From assembly GCA_016748015.1 (NCBI GenBank), contig JAAOMT010000764.1, forward strand, positions 1 through 64,000: a stretch of 64,000 nucleotides of DNA, read 5' to 3'. The number at the start of each line of letters is the position of its first letter. The stretch's first letter is position 1. The notes below the pieces were generated by a model. The model did no database searches and was not told where the DNA came from. It saw only the letters and a program-made list of their open reading frames with translations. Of the stretch, positions 36,700 to 50,100 are shown piece after piece. The translations under genes were made by a program, and so were the position numbers. The stretch is from Geosiphon pyriformis uo1. Taxonomy: Eukaryota > Fungi > Glomeromycota.

Positions 36700-39600
36700 A
36701 GCCCAATTACTAACTATGACATAAAATCTAAAAATATTACAAATAACCATGACTTACGTGTTTTTTACATGTAACTAGTCATCTAAACCAGTTAAGACCA
36801 AACTAGTTAAATTTACAGAAGCAAACTTACCCAATATAATCATCTTTTGCATAATTACAGATTATTACTACCAAAAACTAAACCAGTTAACTATAATACA
36901 GTTTTATTTGCATCTAACTTAATGTTAAAAGCTTAAAGCTATTAAAAAACCATTATTTTTACAAAATTCTTCTTATTAATAAAAAAATCTGAATTATTAT
37001 TAAACATATTGTTATTAAATAAATCATTTATGTCATATTCTATCTTAAGATTAATAATTTTCTTATTTAAATTTGCAACAATTTTTTTAAAATACCATTA
37101 TTTTTTTTAATTATAAGAATTTTTTTCTTTATTTTAATATCAATAAAAGTAAAAATATTTATTAATTTTGTAATTAAAACAATCTAAAAACCAATAAACT
37201 TGACAATAAACTTAATTAACAAAGTTTAGCTTCATCAACTTTGATTAAAAAGAGGTTAACTTAAAGCTAATCATAAAATTAATATCAATAACAATAGAAA
37301 AAACCAAAGAAATAGTAATTTTTACATATAATTTTAGATTAATAAAACAAAATTTAAAAACCTTAGAAACAATCACAGATTTTAAAAAAAAAACAAGAAC
37401 ATTTTATAATCTACAGCCAAAAAATTTACATTTAAATATTTAAAAAAAAGTTAATAATTAGGGATTTTTTATTAAATACAACTTTTTTTAAAGTATTGGT
37501 TTTAATAATAGTAGTATTTAAATTTTTAATGAAAATTAAAATTAACAATAATATATCTTAACTATTAAACAAAATTAAAAAAATTAAAAAAATTTAAATA
37601 TTGTTTTTTATAAAAACTAATCAGCAAACCAAAATAACATGTAAAAATACATATAACTTAAAATAAATAATATTGTATTATGACTGACCAACAAGCTTTA
37701 AGTTAATACCAACAACTTTGCCAAAAACACTTAAAATATTTTTAATATTATTTATAGTAACTTTAAAAAAAATATTATAAAAAATTACAATAACAAAAAA
37801 CAAAACCAAACACAAAAACCATAAAAAACTTTGTAATTTTAAGAATAGAAAAAATAAGTAATTTAACAAGCTTAAATTGTATAATAGCATCTAAAAAAGC
37901 TTAATATTGTTCTTAATAGTTAATTTTAATTAAAAAAAACATATAAAAACTAAAATATAATTTTAACAAAAGCTATTTTAACTTTTAAAAATTTTTCAAG
38001 TATTAATATAAAAACCACTTATTCAAATTTTTTTTAATAACTTATAATAATTTTTTAATTATTAAAAAAAATTAGGTTCTATTTAATTTATTTAATTTTT
38101 AAAATCTAATAATTTAATAAATCAATTAGTTGAAATTATATATAAAAACATAACTTGTTTTGTTTTTAAGATTAATTAAAATTTGTTATATTAAAAAACA
38201 GGAAAAACCACAACTATATTTTTTATAAAAAAAAAACTGGTTTTATTATAATTAAAATATTATTAAAGATACCAAAAAAAACAGAGTTTTTTGATATTAT
38301 TACAGTTAAATTTTTTACTTTTTAGCTTTTATTTATTTATTTATTTAACCATAATTAGTCACATGTATTAGTTACTAATATTATTAAATTAGCCATCTTA
38401 TTTTTAGAATTAGTTATTAATGTAATTATTAACTTGATCAATGACTTAATTATTGACTTAGTTATTAACCTAATTATTAACTTGATTATTGACTGAGTTA
38501 TTAATATAATTACTAACCTAATTATTGATCTTTTTTGAAAATATATAAACAAGATCTTTTAAAGTTATAGAAAAGCATTTACATTTGAATTACAGTCAAA
38601 TTAATACAATAATATTAATTCTTTATTTTTTTTTTACTATTTCTTTTCTCTTTTCTTTTTTTAATTTGTATAATTGTTAGTTTTTGTGAAATATATTAAA
38701 TAAACGTTTACTGAAAAGTATAACTGATATCTAATATTGAATTTTAAAAAGTGTTAACATAAGACATAAAATTATTTTAGCATGTTATCTTTTGTTGACA
38801 GTACAAACTATCTCTCTACTTTTAAATTTTCTTGTTACTTTTTGGAAAGAATAGCAATTGAGATATTTATGAGACTGATCTTACACATAAAATTCTTATT
38901 AATTTAATTTACTTATTAAAGTTGAATTATTTTTTTGATTATTTTATCACTATACAATACTGTTATTTCTTGCTATCTGTTAGCTTGTTAATCAAACTGT
39001 AACAGTATTACAAAAAAATTAATAACTTATTTAAAAAAAAAGAAAAAAAAATTGCTTTTTTGCTGTTTTGGCTTTCTTATTATTTAAATAGCTAAAAGAA
39101 AAAATGCAAAAAAAATAACAGCTTGATTACCAACCTAAGATTAAAAACTTTAAAACTTTTTGAATAATAGTGATTACATCAGAACTATTTTTAGTATGCT
39201 ATTTTTAAGGAACTTTGAAAAAAAAACTTTTATTTAAAGCAAAAAAAGTATTTTAAAATTAGCAAAAACCTAGTTTACTTCAATATTATTTAAAAAAAGC
39301 ATTTTTATAAAGCGTTGTTAAGCAGTCTTTATAGTTGTAAGTGTTTTTAGTGAAGATATTACAAATAATTTCAAGTACTATGGAGTTTACAATATTTTTA
39401 CTCTTTGCTTTAAGTGTTTTCATAAAAATACAAAAAAAAGCTTATATAAAAGAAAATAAAGTTAATTAAATTAAAAATAGTAATAAAAACAATAAAAATA
39501 ATTAAAAAGATTCAAAAAACAATAAATTTTAAGATATTTCAAAAAAATTATTAATTAAAAGTTAATTAATAATATGATCAGATTTAAATCAATTTATTTA

Positions 39601-40050
39601 TAAAATAATTAATATAAAAGAAGACAAAAACTCTCTACTTTTGTTCAAGTCATATAAATTGAATTAAATATGACAAATTTACAAGTTTGTACAATAAAAA
39701 TTAATTGTATTCATAATATTAAAAAAAGTTATAATGCAATACTTTATCATAAAAATCAATTCTATTTATAATAATCAATTTTTCATTAAAATTTTGTTTT
39801 GTTTATAGTAAGCATTTTTTTAAAAAATCTTTGACTTTGTTTATAGTAAAAAATTTTCTATATTAATGAAAAGCAATAGTAGTTTTTCAAATATATAAAT
39901 TGTAGCATTATCCAAAAGACTTGAATATTTTTTGGAATTTTGTATTGGGATATTAAATTTTAATACCAATATAATTGATAATATCTGAATTTAAATTTTT
40001 CGTAAGAAATTCATTTTTTTGTTTCAAAATATTATGTATTGTTGTTTCCT
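36700..40050. mobile_element. G/C-depleted decayed repeat block; 38700-39300 (-) is homologous to 55800-56240 (+)
   Basis: Composition, a decayed 12-bp coding-like tandem repeat, and by-eye alignment to the 55.8-56.2 kb segment. The family was not identified. Confidence 0.55.
38408..38530 (-). repeat. Degenerate 12-bp tandem repeat (about 10 units, consensus ~GTYAATRATYAA)
   Basis: Minus strand reads gtcaataatcaa gttaataattag gttaataactaa gtcaataattaa gtcattgatcaa gttaataattac. Confidence 0.7.
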
Positions 40051-40137
40051 TTATGTTAAATTAATTTGTTAATGCAATGTTGGATTAATTTATTTAGATT
40101 TTGAGGGCTCTTTATTAATTGAGTAATTTTGCGTCTA

Positions 40138-41298
40138 CAGGAGGATGAGAAAAATATCGAATATTTCGTGCACGCGTTTTTTTGTAAAATAAAAAGCATT
40201 GGAATGTTTGGTTAAATGGGAGTTAAATTAGGATAAAAAAAACCAAATCTTCTTCTAATTGTCGCGTATTACTGAACGAAATGAGACACGCAAAAAATAT
40301 TACTCCAGAACAAAAAAACAAGCATTTTTTCATGCCACAAATTAAATGCTTCACAAAAAGAAATTGTTGAAAATTGTTGGATGTTCTCAAAAAACTGTTT
40401 CACAAAATTTATTGAATAAAAATTCATCGAAAAAACAATTTGGACGTCCTCGAATCATGACAGGTCCAAAAGGCAAGATGTTAACAGAAAATCTTGCTCA
40501 AAATAAAGAATCTCGACGAATCAATTTAATGTAAATCTAACGACTTTTTTCCAACCAAAACAATGGCCAAATAGTATCAAAATGAAAATTTTGAACGTGC
40601 TTTGAAAGAAGAGGTTATTCGCTCTTGTATTCCATGAAAGAAACCTATAATTTCGATTGAAAAGAGGCTAAAGACTCTATTTTGCTAGAAATAAAATACA
40701 GACATTGGACTGTAAATGACTAAAAAAATGTCATTTGGTCAGATGAATCAACATTTTTCACAATTTCAAACTTGAAGATGGGGTCGAGTTTGACGAGGAG
40801 TCTCATAATGAGTGAATTGCTTCAACTGTAAAGCACAGTTCAGCAAGAATGGTTTGGTTTTTTTTCATGGATTGGTTTTAGGACCCATTGTTCCATTAAA
40901 AGGTTCAATTACTGGTATTACTCATTGCTTGTGAAGTTTGGGCTAATTATGCTATATCAACTCTTGACGCACATCCATGGCAAGTTCAAAAGAAGTTTTT
41001 TTTTGAAGAGGACAATGCTCCAGTACACATTTCAAAAGTTGCCCAAATTTCTTAGAATTTAGCCATGACCATCACAAAGTCTTGAACTTAATCCTATTTA
41101 AAAATTATGATCTTTTGTTGAGTCAGGATTTCAAAAATGCAATCTTCAACATCTAATATTCAAGAATTGGAGTTAATGATTATAGAAGAATGGAATGTAC
41201 TGCCTCAAAAACTATACCGAAAATTAATTAGTTCTATACTTGGCAGAATTGAAGCTATTATCTTAGCCAAAGGTGGAAGTATACCACATAGAGGTATA

Positions 41299-41354
<56 letters not shown>

Positions 41355-41424
41355 GTTAAATAAATGTAAAAGCTTTAGTTTATCATTTTGAAAGTTTATA
41401 AATAATATTATTGTCGTCTCCTGT
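40138..41424 (+). mobile_element. Tc1/mariner (DD34E-type) transposon, near full length, with a pseudogenised transposase (~40281-41295)
   Basis: TA|CAGGAGGATGAGAAAAATA at the left end and an imperfect inverted copy tattattgtcgtctcctgt near 41406-41424. Motifs are FGRPR, VIWSDEST, TVKHS..RMVW, EEDNAPVH, (W)PSQS.ELNPI(E).L(W), RIEAIILAKGG, with many stops and frameshifts. Confidence 0.88.
41302..41354. repeat. (TTA)n microsatellite inside the 3' end of the Tc1 element
   Basis: Read directly. Confidence 0.95.
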
Positions 41425-42113
41425 GTATGAGATGAAATCTTTAGAAACGTGGACATCAAAAGAATTTCTTGATTAGCCGTTTCCCTTTTAATAATTTAAT
41501 TATGCCAATATTGCGAATTTGTATGTTGATGAAACGGCAACTAAAAGTGTACAAAGGCTTTTCAATCACTTGTTACCCTTATCTAATTTACCATACAACA
41601 TCCAAAAAGAAAAGGAAATTTAGCTAACAGAACCTCAGCCGCTGTGAAAACAATTCTCTTGAATTGACTCCAAAAGGAAGTCTAAAACTTTAAACATCCT
41701 ATACACAATCTCGGAAACAGATTTGTGTGTCAATCAAACCTATTTGAGAATATTCACTATCGACTAATCCAGCATCACAGCAGAAACCATTAAAAAATCT
41801 ATCAATATATAATTACAAATAAAAAAAAAATAAATCTAGCCCAGCTTGCCAGACGAAATCACTATTATATGAAAACGATTGCTTTCTTTCGACAGATTAT
41901 AGTCTCGCTTGAAGAAATAATATTTTCTTTTAGCTGCTTTAGCCTAATAAAAAACTTCACTTTTCACTTAATTATTAACTACTGATATATTACACAGAGA
42001 CGTATGGTCACGTTCACTTTTAATTTTGATGTCTGAATGCTCCACTTACCACCTTTAAAAAAATTTCAAAGACTAATGTTAAACATCATACTATCACTTA
42101 TTAAGTCCCCCTT

Positions 42114-43617
42114 TCAAAGCTTGATTTCCTCCAAATTTGAATTAAAATGTTTGAAACTCTTCATGCTTAGATGATCCGAAACTTGTTTCACCGTCAACCA
42201 GGGCAATGTTTTAGCGATCGAATCAAGAAGATCAAAAGACGCGCGGTTAAGATTCATCTTATAATCAATTTCAAAGTTTTCTTCTGGATTGTAAGTAAGA
42301 GATCTATGATTCAGTGTCTCTTCACTGGCTGTAGTATTATGACCTGAATCACTGCCTTCTAATCTGCGAAGGGTTGTTGAGAGTGATTCATTTTGAGTTG
42401 CATCAAATTTTTCCTGAAAGAAACCCGAAGTAGACATTTCCTTCTGCACTGACTCCTTACGCTCTTTTTCTGTACGTCTTGCTCGTAATGCAATTACCCA
42501 TACGACATATGCCGACCATAATTGCGTCATGAAAAGCCCAGCTAACAGAATGGGTAAAATAATATTGAATCCGAGAAGCTGTGAATAGTTTCCTTTTTTA
42601 TAAAAAGGCAAAAAGAATTGAGGCCATTTAGTACATTTAAAATTAAATAAATATTTACTTGTGACAAAGTCTGCTTTTTTTTCTCACCTGGATTAGGTAG
42701 TAAATATATTCCCCAAAAAGTAAATGCCCAAATAAGACCTGCAACTTTCGCGAGAAAAACTTGCACAGCTGAAAAGAAAAGTACTGGCGCTGCCCAAGAT
42801 GGCTTTAATCGGTAGAATAATAATCCGAAAAATGTTGTCTGTTCTGTGGTTGCTTGAAAAATCAAAATAACGCCCAGACTAAAAAGGTGCAGATTGGCCC
42901 TATTATTTTTTGGAAAATAGCTTTTTAGTTAGGGATCACATAAAAATGAAGAATTTCTAACATAAAGTCTTACGTGTCTATAAGGACGTAATATGCTATG
43001 ACATTGATTGCAATGGATATTAAATGATGGAAGATCAAAGGTATTCGCATACTTCGGTAAATCAATTCGAAAATATATCTAGAAAAATGTATATAGAGTA
43101 CATAAAGGTTAGATCTTTCTAAAAATATTTCTTTCTATCGAAAGAGGCAATTAGTCTTGAAACTTACAAATCAACCATTAGAAGACAACAAGTTTGAGAC
43201 AATTGATAATTAGTATAATTCAATTCGACTCGCAGTACCGGATATATTGAAATTTGAATAACCAATATGACTGTTGTGAAAATAATTTCCAAAATATAGG
43301 TAGTGCAATTCTTGACGTGCGTTGCACTCATATTAGGAACCACACGTCGTAATATGAATTCGGTAACCCGTGAAGTGGCCCATAGCGTAAGCAGATAGAA
43401 AATATGGTTGCACGTGAATATGTACAATGTAGTTTGATTGACTTTAGGAGAGAATTTTGTAGAAGGGTTCTTTTAGTCTATAAAATAGTTATCGCTCCCG
43501 AAAATCTTAAAAATTAAGAGGCAGCTTACGTTTTTCATCACGAATTTTAAAGATTTCTTTCAATTCATCTAGTTCAAAATCTCTCCAGGATGGTGGTAAG
43601 TCATAAGTGTTTGCCAT
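42114..43617 (-). CDS. TLC (TRAM/LAG1/CLN8)-like multipass membrane protein, 5' end ambiguous; exons 43617(or 43538)-43530, ~43477/43469-43168, 43078-42974, 42899-42688, 42592-42114
   Basis: Spliced translation ..LMVDLYIFELIYRSMRIPLIFHHLISI..FQATTEQTTFFGLLFYR..LFMTQLWSA.. has several TM helices and the YxFELxYR..HH pattern of fungal TLC-like proteins. Internal introns are GT-AG and in frame. Confidence 0.7.
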
Positions 43618-44199
43618 TGTCCAGCTAATAGTATACAAGTTATAATAAAGGATAAGTCAAAGCTTTTTGGCAAAGAAAGAAAGAAAGAAAGAATAATAAT
43701 AATCACCTAATGGTAGAATTGTGAATTCTTGATGAAAAATAGAAGAAAAAGGCCATGCCTTTTTATCCTGAAACTTCGAGATGATCCAAAACAGTAGTTG
43801 TTTGCAATTCATATCGGTTGCTTTCCATGTTGATAATTTTGTTATGTCAATTCCCTCCGCATGTGACTCTTATCAAATGTCGAATTGTTTTTGCACACAA
43901 GACGAAAGATTCAGCGTTCTGAAATTTGCTAGGGCGAATAAAGTCTTGAATACTTTTTTTCGTCACAAAAACATTCCCCAAGTTTCCCTAATATTTTTAT
44001 TAAACCTTACCTGGGATTAGCTCCATGAACTTTGGGAGAAGGCTTCGACATTATTCTCGTTGTTAACGACCTTTTCTTTTCCACAAGAAAAAAACATGTT
44101 TGTAAACAGCAATCTCAAAAAACTGGTGATTATTTTAAGAATTTCTAAGAAGGATGTTTTTTCGGCTTTGTTTAAATTTGGTAATTTGCCAAATTAATC

Positions 44200-47100
44200 T
44201 CTTGACTTCTAGTTGGTCAAAACTAATTGGTAAAAACTCTGTTTGTGTTACTAAGACTGTTAAAGGTTACAAGATCTGGAAGCAATAGAATAAGATGTGT
44301 TACTGTTTGTTTTAAAACTAAACAAAGTTTATTATATTATTTTAGTATTTATGCCAAGAAAAATGGTTCTATTTTCCATTTTATTGTTTTTGGTAACAAA
44401 TTTTGAGCTCAAATGGTTTTGTTAAATTATTTGTTTGGTTTAGTTATAAATACAATTGTTAAATTCTTAGGTTTTTTATTGTTTGTTTTGAAACTAAAAC
44501 TGAATATGTTAAAAAAACATAAACCTGCTTTTAGATAAAATCTTAAAGTTGATGTCTAGATTAAATAATTTGTCTTTAATTGTTTTTCAAATATCTGTTG
44601 CTGTTTTTTTAGCATTGATTTCTGGTTTGAATATAATTCTAAATAAGTCTTTTAAAGAAACCAATAATTTGTTATTCTTAAGTCTTGGAGTTTTTAATCT
44701 GTTTGTGTTTAAATTAAATAGTTTAAAAGTTATAATGACAAAACTTTTGGGTTTTTAAGATTGTTCTTTCAAGATTTTTTACAATAATTAATTTAATTTA
44801 GAAAATTACAACTTGTAAATAAGAGAAATAAACAATTTTGTCAAGTAAAATAATATAATAAAATAAAATAATATTATAATTTTTGTTGTTATTAAAACCA
44901 AGTTAAAAAATAGAGTCAAACTATAAATTATAAACAACTTTAAAAATATAAGAGTTTTTACTTTGGTATTGTAATTATTATTAATAAAAACATAGTTAAA
45001 CATATATACAAAATTTTTAAAATAATTAATCAGCTTTTGTTAATTAATTTGTTTTTTAAAAACAAACTTTTTATTATAATTTTAGAAGTTTATACTAAAG
45101 TTTTATTAAAAATATATTTAGTTTAAGCAAATAACATAAATTTTTTAATAGTTAAAACTATAAATAAAAGCACTTTTAAGATTTTAAATAATAATTTCAA
45201 TAAAAATAAAATTGAATACAATGCTAACTTTAAAAAGTGTTTGGATTTAAGTTGTTTAATTTTTAATAGTAATTTTTTAATAAAGACTCTTATTTAATCC
45301 AATTTTAAAGACATAAAAAAAACTATAGATTTTATTTTTATTAATAAAAGTCTTATTAATTTAATATATAATTAAGTTGTTTATAATTTAGACTATATCA
45401 ATTGTTATTTAATTAAATACTATATGTAAACAAGTTAATAAAAATTATTAAAAATACAAAATTTACAATATAAAAAATTTAAGTAAAATTTAATAATCTA
45501 TTTTTAATTAATATTTTAAATATTATAAATAATTTAATATTTTGATGGCTTTTAATACTTAATATCTTATTTTTTTTTAGTATAGTATTTAGTTTATTCA
45601 GGTATTTTTTATCTTTTTGATAAGTTATTTAATTTTTTATAAATTAATTTTACATTTTAGTTTTATGCTTTTTATTAAACTATTTTTGTTGTAATTTTAC
45701 TGCCTATTTTTTAATTAATAAATTTAACAAAAAGAAAATTGATATTTTATTAATAATTATAATTAAAAACTATTAATTTAATAAATAGTATTAGTAAATT
45801 TATGTCTTTAGTATCTGTTGTTTTGTTAACAATATAAATAAAGTAAGTATTTTAACAATAATAATTTCGATTTATAAGATTTTTTTGATAACATAATTAG
45901 TTTTCTTAGATAATTAATAAATTTAAATTATAACTTAATTTTTAAACTATTAGATTGTTAAATTTTGAATTATTTTTTATTTTATTATTATTATTATTAT
46001 TATTATATATACTTATTTCTAATAATACAAAATATTTTGGTATTTTTAATTATTTTTCTTTTATTTTTTAGTTATTTTTGGTATTTTTTGGTATTTTTAA
46101 TATTTTTAACATTTTTTGTATTTTTAAAATCTCTTTAAGTATTTTAAAATTCCTGTTATTTTCTTTATTATATTATTATTTTAATGTTATTTAAAATGCT
46201 AAGTTTTTTGGTTTTTTTAAAGGTCTTTAACTTAAACGATAATAACAAATTATATGTTTTTTTAGATAAGTAATTTAAGTTAAACTTGATTAAAAAAATT
46301 AATTTAGAATATTATTAAAAAATGGTTTTAATAATTTTATTTTAGAACCTATTTTGGCTTATACAAAAAAAACATATAAGATTCATAAAATAATTAAGTT
46401 TAATTTAATTAAAAATTTATACATTAAAATTGTTATTGTTAAATATATAAAAACATTTATTATAAATAAAATTATATTAATAAAAGTATTTTACAAAAAT
46501 TTTTTTAAAAAGTAATTTTAAATTATTTAATAAAAAATAATAATTTGGTTAAAAATAAGATAAATATTATTATTAAAAATTGAACCAAAAAGTGAATAAT
46601 ATTAAAAAAATTTTGTTGTAATAGTATTATTAATACAGTTTTTTAAAAATATTAATAATAGAGTATTTAATAATATTACAAAAAAATTAGTTATAATAAA
46701 TTTGTGATTATTATTAAATGTTCTCTAAATAAAAAACATTAAATTACTAAATATTTTTAATAAATTGTAAAAAAATTGTAACCAGTTTGTTTTGGGCTTG
46801 TTATTAAATTTAATAAATATATATTTACTAAAAAATAGTTTTTAATGCTTAAAAAAAAACTTTGATATTAATAATTTTTAAATTATATAAAAAAAAGCAT
46901 TTTATTGTTTTAATTAAAACTGTACAAAAATTTTATTTAAAATTTTATTAAAATATATTTTTAATGCTTATAATTAATGTTTTATAAAAAGACAATATTT
47001 CTGTTTTAAAAGACAAATTTATTTTTGTAATTAAATTTGTGATTAAGAATGCTTTAAAAAAAGACAAAAAAATTTGGCTAATGTTTTAAAATATGTGTAA

Positions 47101-50100
47101 AACATTTTAGTTTAATAATTGAATACAGTTTAAACTAGATTAAAATATGTAAAAAAAAAATTAAATTTTTTTGGTTATATATATAATAATTATATAAATA
47201 AAATTATAATAAATTTTAAATTGTTAAAAAATACAGAGTTTTTAATAATTTGGACAAAACAAAATCTTTTCTTTTTTTTTTTGTAAAAGATTTTTTATAA
47301 TTTTTTATGTAAAATAAAAATAATAAAGTTTTGTTTAAATACTAAATAGATTTTAAGTTTATAGTTAAAACTAACAAAATTAAAGCTAAAACTAATATAA
47401 CTTTTTATTTAATTATAAATATTTTTGTAATAATATGCTTTATATTGAAAATAATTATATAATAATTCAGAACATTTTATTGCTATTTAAACATATTTTA
47501 TTAATTAAAAGCTTAACTAAATTCAATTTAAAAAAATATTTCAATGTGAAATTTTTTTTTTAATATTGTTTTAAAAAAAGTTATTTTTAATGAATAATTT
47601 TTGTATTTGGTTTTAACAGTTTTATAGCTTATTATTAGTAACAAAATTTAGTTTAGTTTTATACTTAAGAGTATTTATAAAAAATAAAACTGTTTAATTA
47701 AAAAAAAATTTAAATTTAAAATAAATCTGCTTAAAAACTTTTCAAGTAAAATATTGTATTCTTTTTTATTGTATGACTTAAAGCTTTTTAAATAAATACA
47801 GAGCCCAAACAATCTTTTAGGTCGGTTTGCAAACTATTGAAAAAAAATGGCTTTAATATTAATATTTTTAAATACAATAAAAGTTTTTAATAAACTTTTT
47901 AAACATAAATTATTAAATTTACAAGTTTAAAATAAGTATCTTAGAATTTGTTGCAGTTTTTTGTAAAGTTAAAAGTTAGTTTCTTGAATAATTTTTTAGC
48001 AAAAGTCACAAAAATATTTTTTGATTGTAATATTATTTTGGTTAATAATATACTTATTGTATTTATTTTTATAAGTATTTTAGAATAATAAAATTTTTCA
48101 AATAATTTAAAGTTTGCTTTTACCAATTAGTTTTTGAATAATTATAAATTATATTTAACATAAAAAACTTTTACTATTAAAAGCATTTGGATTTTAATAA
48201 CTTAATTTTTGTTTGGTTTGTATAGATATTTAATTTTATTTTAAATAATAGTTTTGTTAATAAAAAATGCTTTTATTTAATATCTTGTATAAGTAAAGTA
48301 TATATAATATATATTGCTACAAAATTTATTTATTTTAATTTAAAAAAAACATGTTTAAATAAGATTTTAATATTTATTAATAACTTAATTAAAGATATTA
48401 GTTTATTAAATATTATAAACAGTATTTTAATTTATTTTTTGATTTGGATTTGGATATAAAATAAAAATTTATAGTTTATTATTATTAATATTAATTAAAT
48501 TACAGAAAATAAACAGAATAATTATTAAATTAAATTGTTAAATATTACTAAATATTTATTAAATTAAATTGTAATTAATTGTACTTAATTTTTATAACTG
48601 CTATTAAATAGAATATTATTATATAACAATATTATTTTTTAAAAAAAGTTTTTGTAATATAGTTTAAAATTAAAAGATATTTTGGTATTTTTAATAATAA
48701 ATAAATTAATATTATTAATAAATAAGACAATATTTTACAACTTTTGTTTTTAAGAAAAAATTTTTGATGATTAATATTTTATTAAATTAATATTTAATAT
48801 AATTAAAAAAATATAAAAAAACTAAATTTTATATTAAATTTAATTAATTTTATTGATATGAATTAACATTATATTGTTTTTGTTTATTATTTTAATTTTT
48901 TTATAACTTTCAAATTTACAAACAAAATTATAATCAGTTTATACATATATATAATAAAAATATTATATAAAGAGTTGTTTATAATAGTTAAAAAATAATT
49001 TTATAATATAAATTATTCAAATATCTTGTATATTTAATATAATAAGATAAAAATTTCAGATTTTAGTTTTATGCATAATATAAATTTAATTGCTTGCTAA
49101 AATTTGTTGAATAAATATTTTTTACTTTTAGTATTTTAGTTTTTAATAATATATATTAACAATAATAGTTTATATTAAATGTATATAAAAGCTTTTTATT
49201 TAAAAACTGAATTAATAAAATCTTGTTAATTTTTAATAATATAAAAACTATAATATTAAAATTAGTTAATTTTGTTTGTAAATTAATAATAAGTCATAAA
49301 AAATATATTTGTTTTTTTAATTTTAAGCTTTAAAACTATATTGAAAAAAAAGTCTGTTATATATTAATGTTTTTATATTTGTTAATGTTTATAATCTTTT
49401 TGTTATTTTGTTAAGTAGTATAATATAAATGCTTGGTATTATAAAAAGTTGTGCTGTAAAATTTTGGTTTAAAAACACATTATTTGTTTTTTTAAAACTG
49501 AAAAAAGATGTTTCAATTAGAATAATTATGTAATGTAGTTTTAATTAATTTAAATAAAAAAACATAAATCATATTTAATTTAAAACACTTGATTATTGTA
49601 TCATATTAGATAATAATTAATCTTAATCAAAATAATAGTAATATATTAAATATAAACTTTTTACTTTCTTAAAATCTTGGTTTTCCTTTAAATGTCAAAT
49701 AAAATTTGTTTTTTGATTTTATCTTTGATAAAGAAATAAATGAATAGAATCCTTTGAAATTAGATATAATATATTAGTCGAGGTTTTTACAAAGATGTAT
49801 GGTAAATTAGTTTACATAAAACAGATACAGAATTTTTTTTCTGTAACTTATTTGTGAATTTTACAGGTGCTATGTTTAATTTTGCTGTTAATTAAAAATA
49901 AAAAACAATAGGTGTGTTGTTTGTTATAGGCAATAACTTACCATTTGTGTATATTTAATGTCCAATTGAAATTTCAGAAAGTGTTTGATTTTGTGTTTTA
50001 CTGGTAACAAAATTATTTTTCATAATTATAAAATAAGATGTTAGAAAATTAGATGTGCTTAAAAGTACTTGAAATGACAAAATTTTTTTGTTACCAAGTA

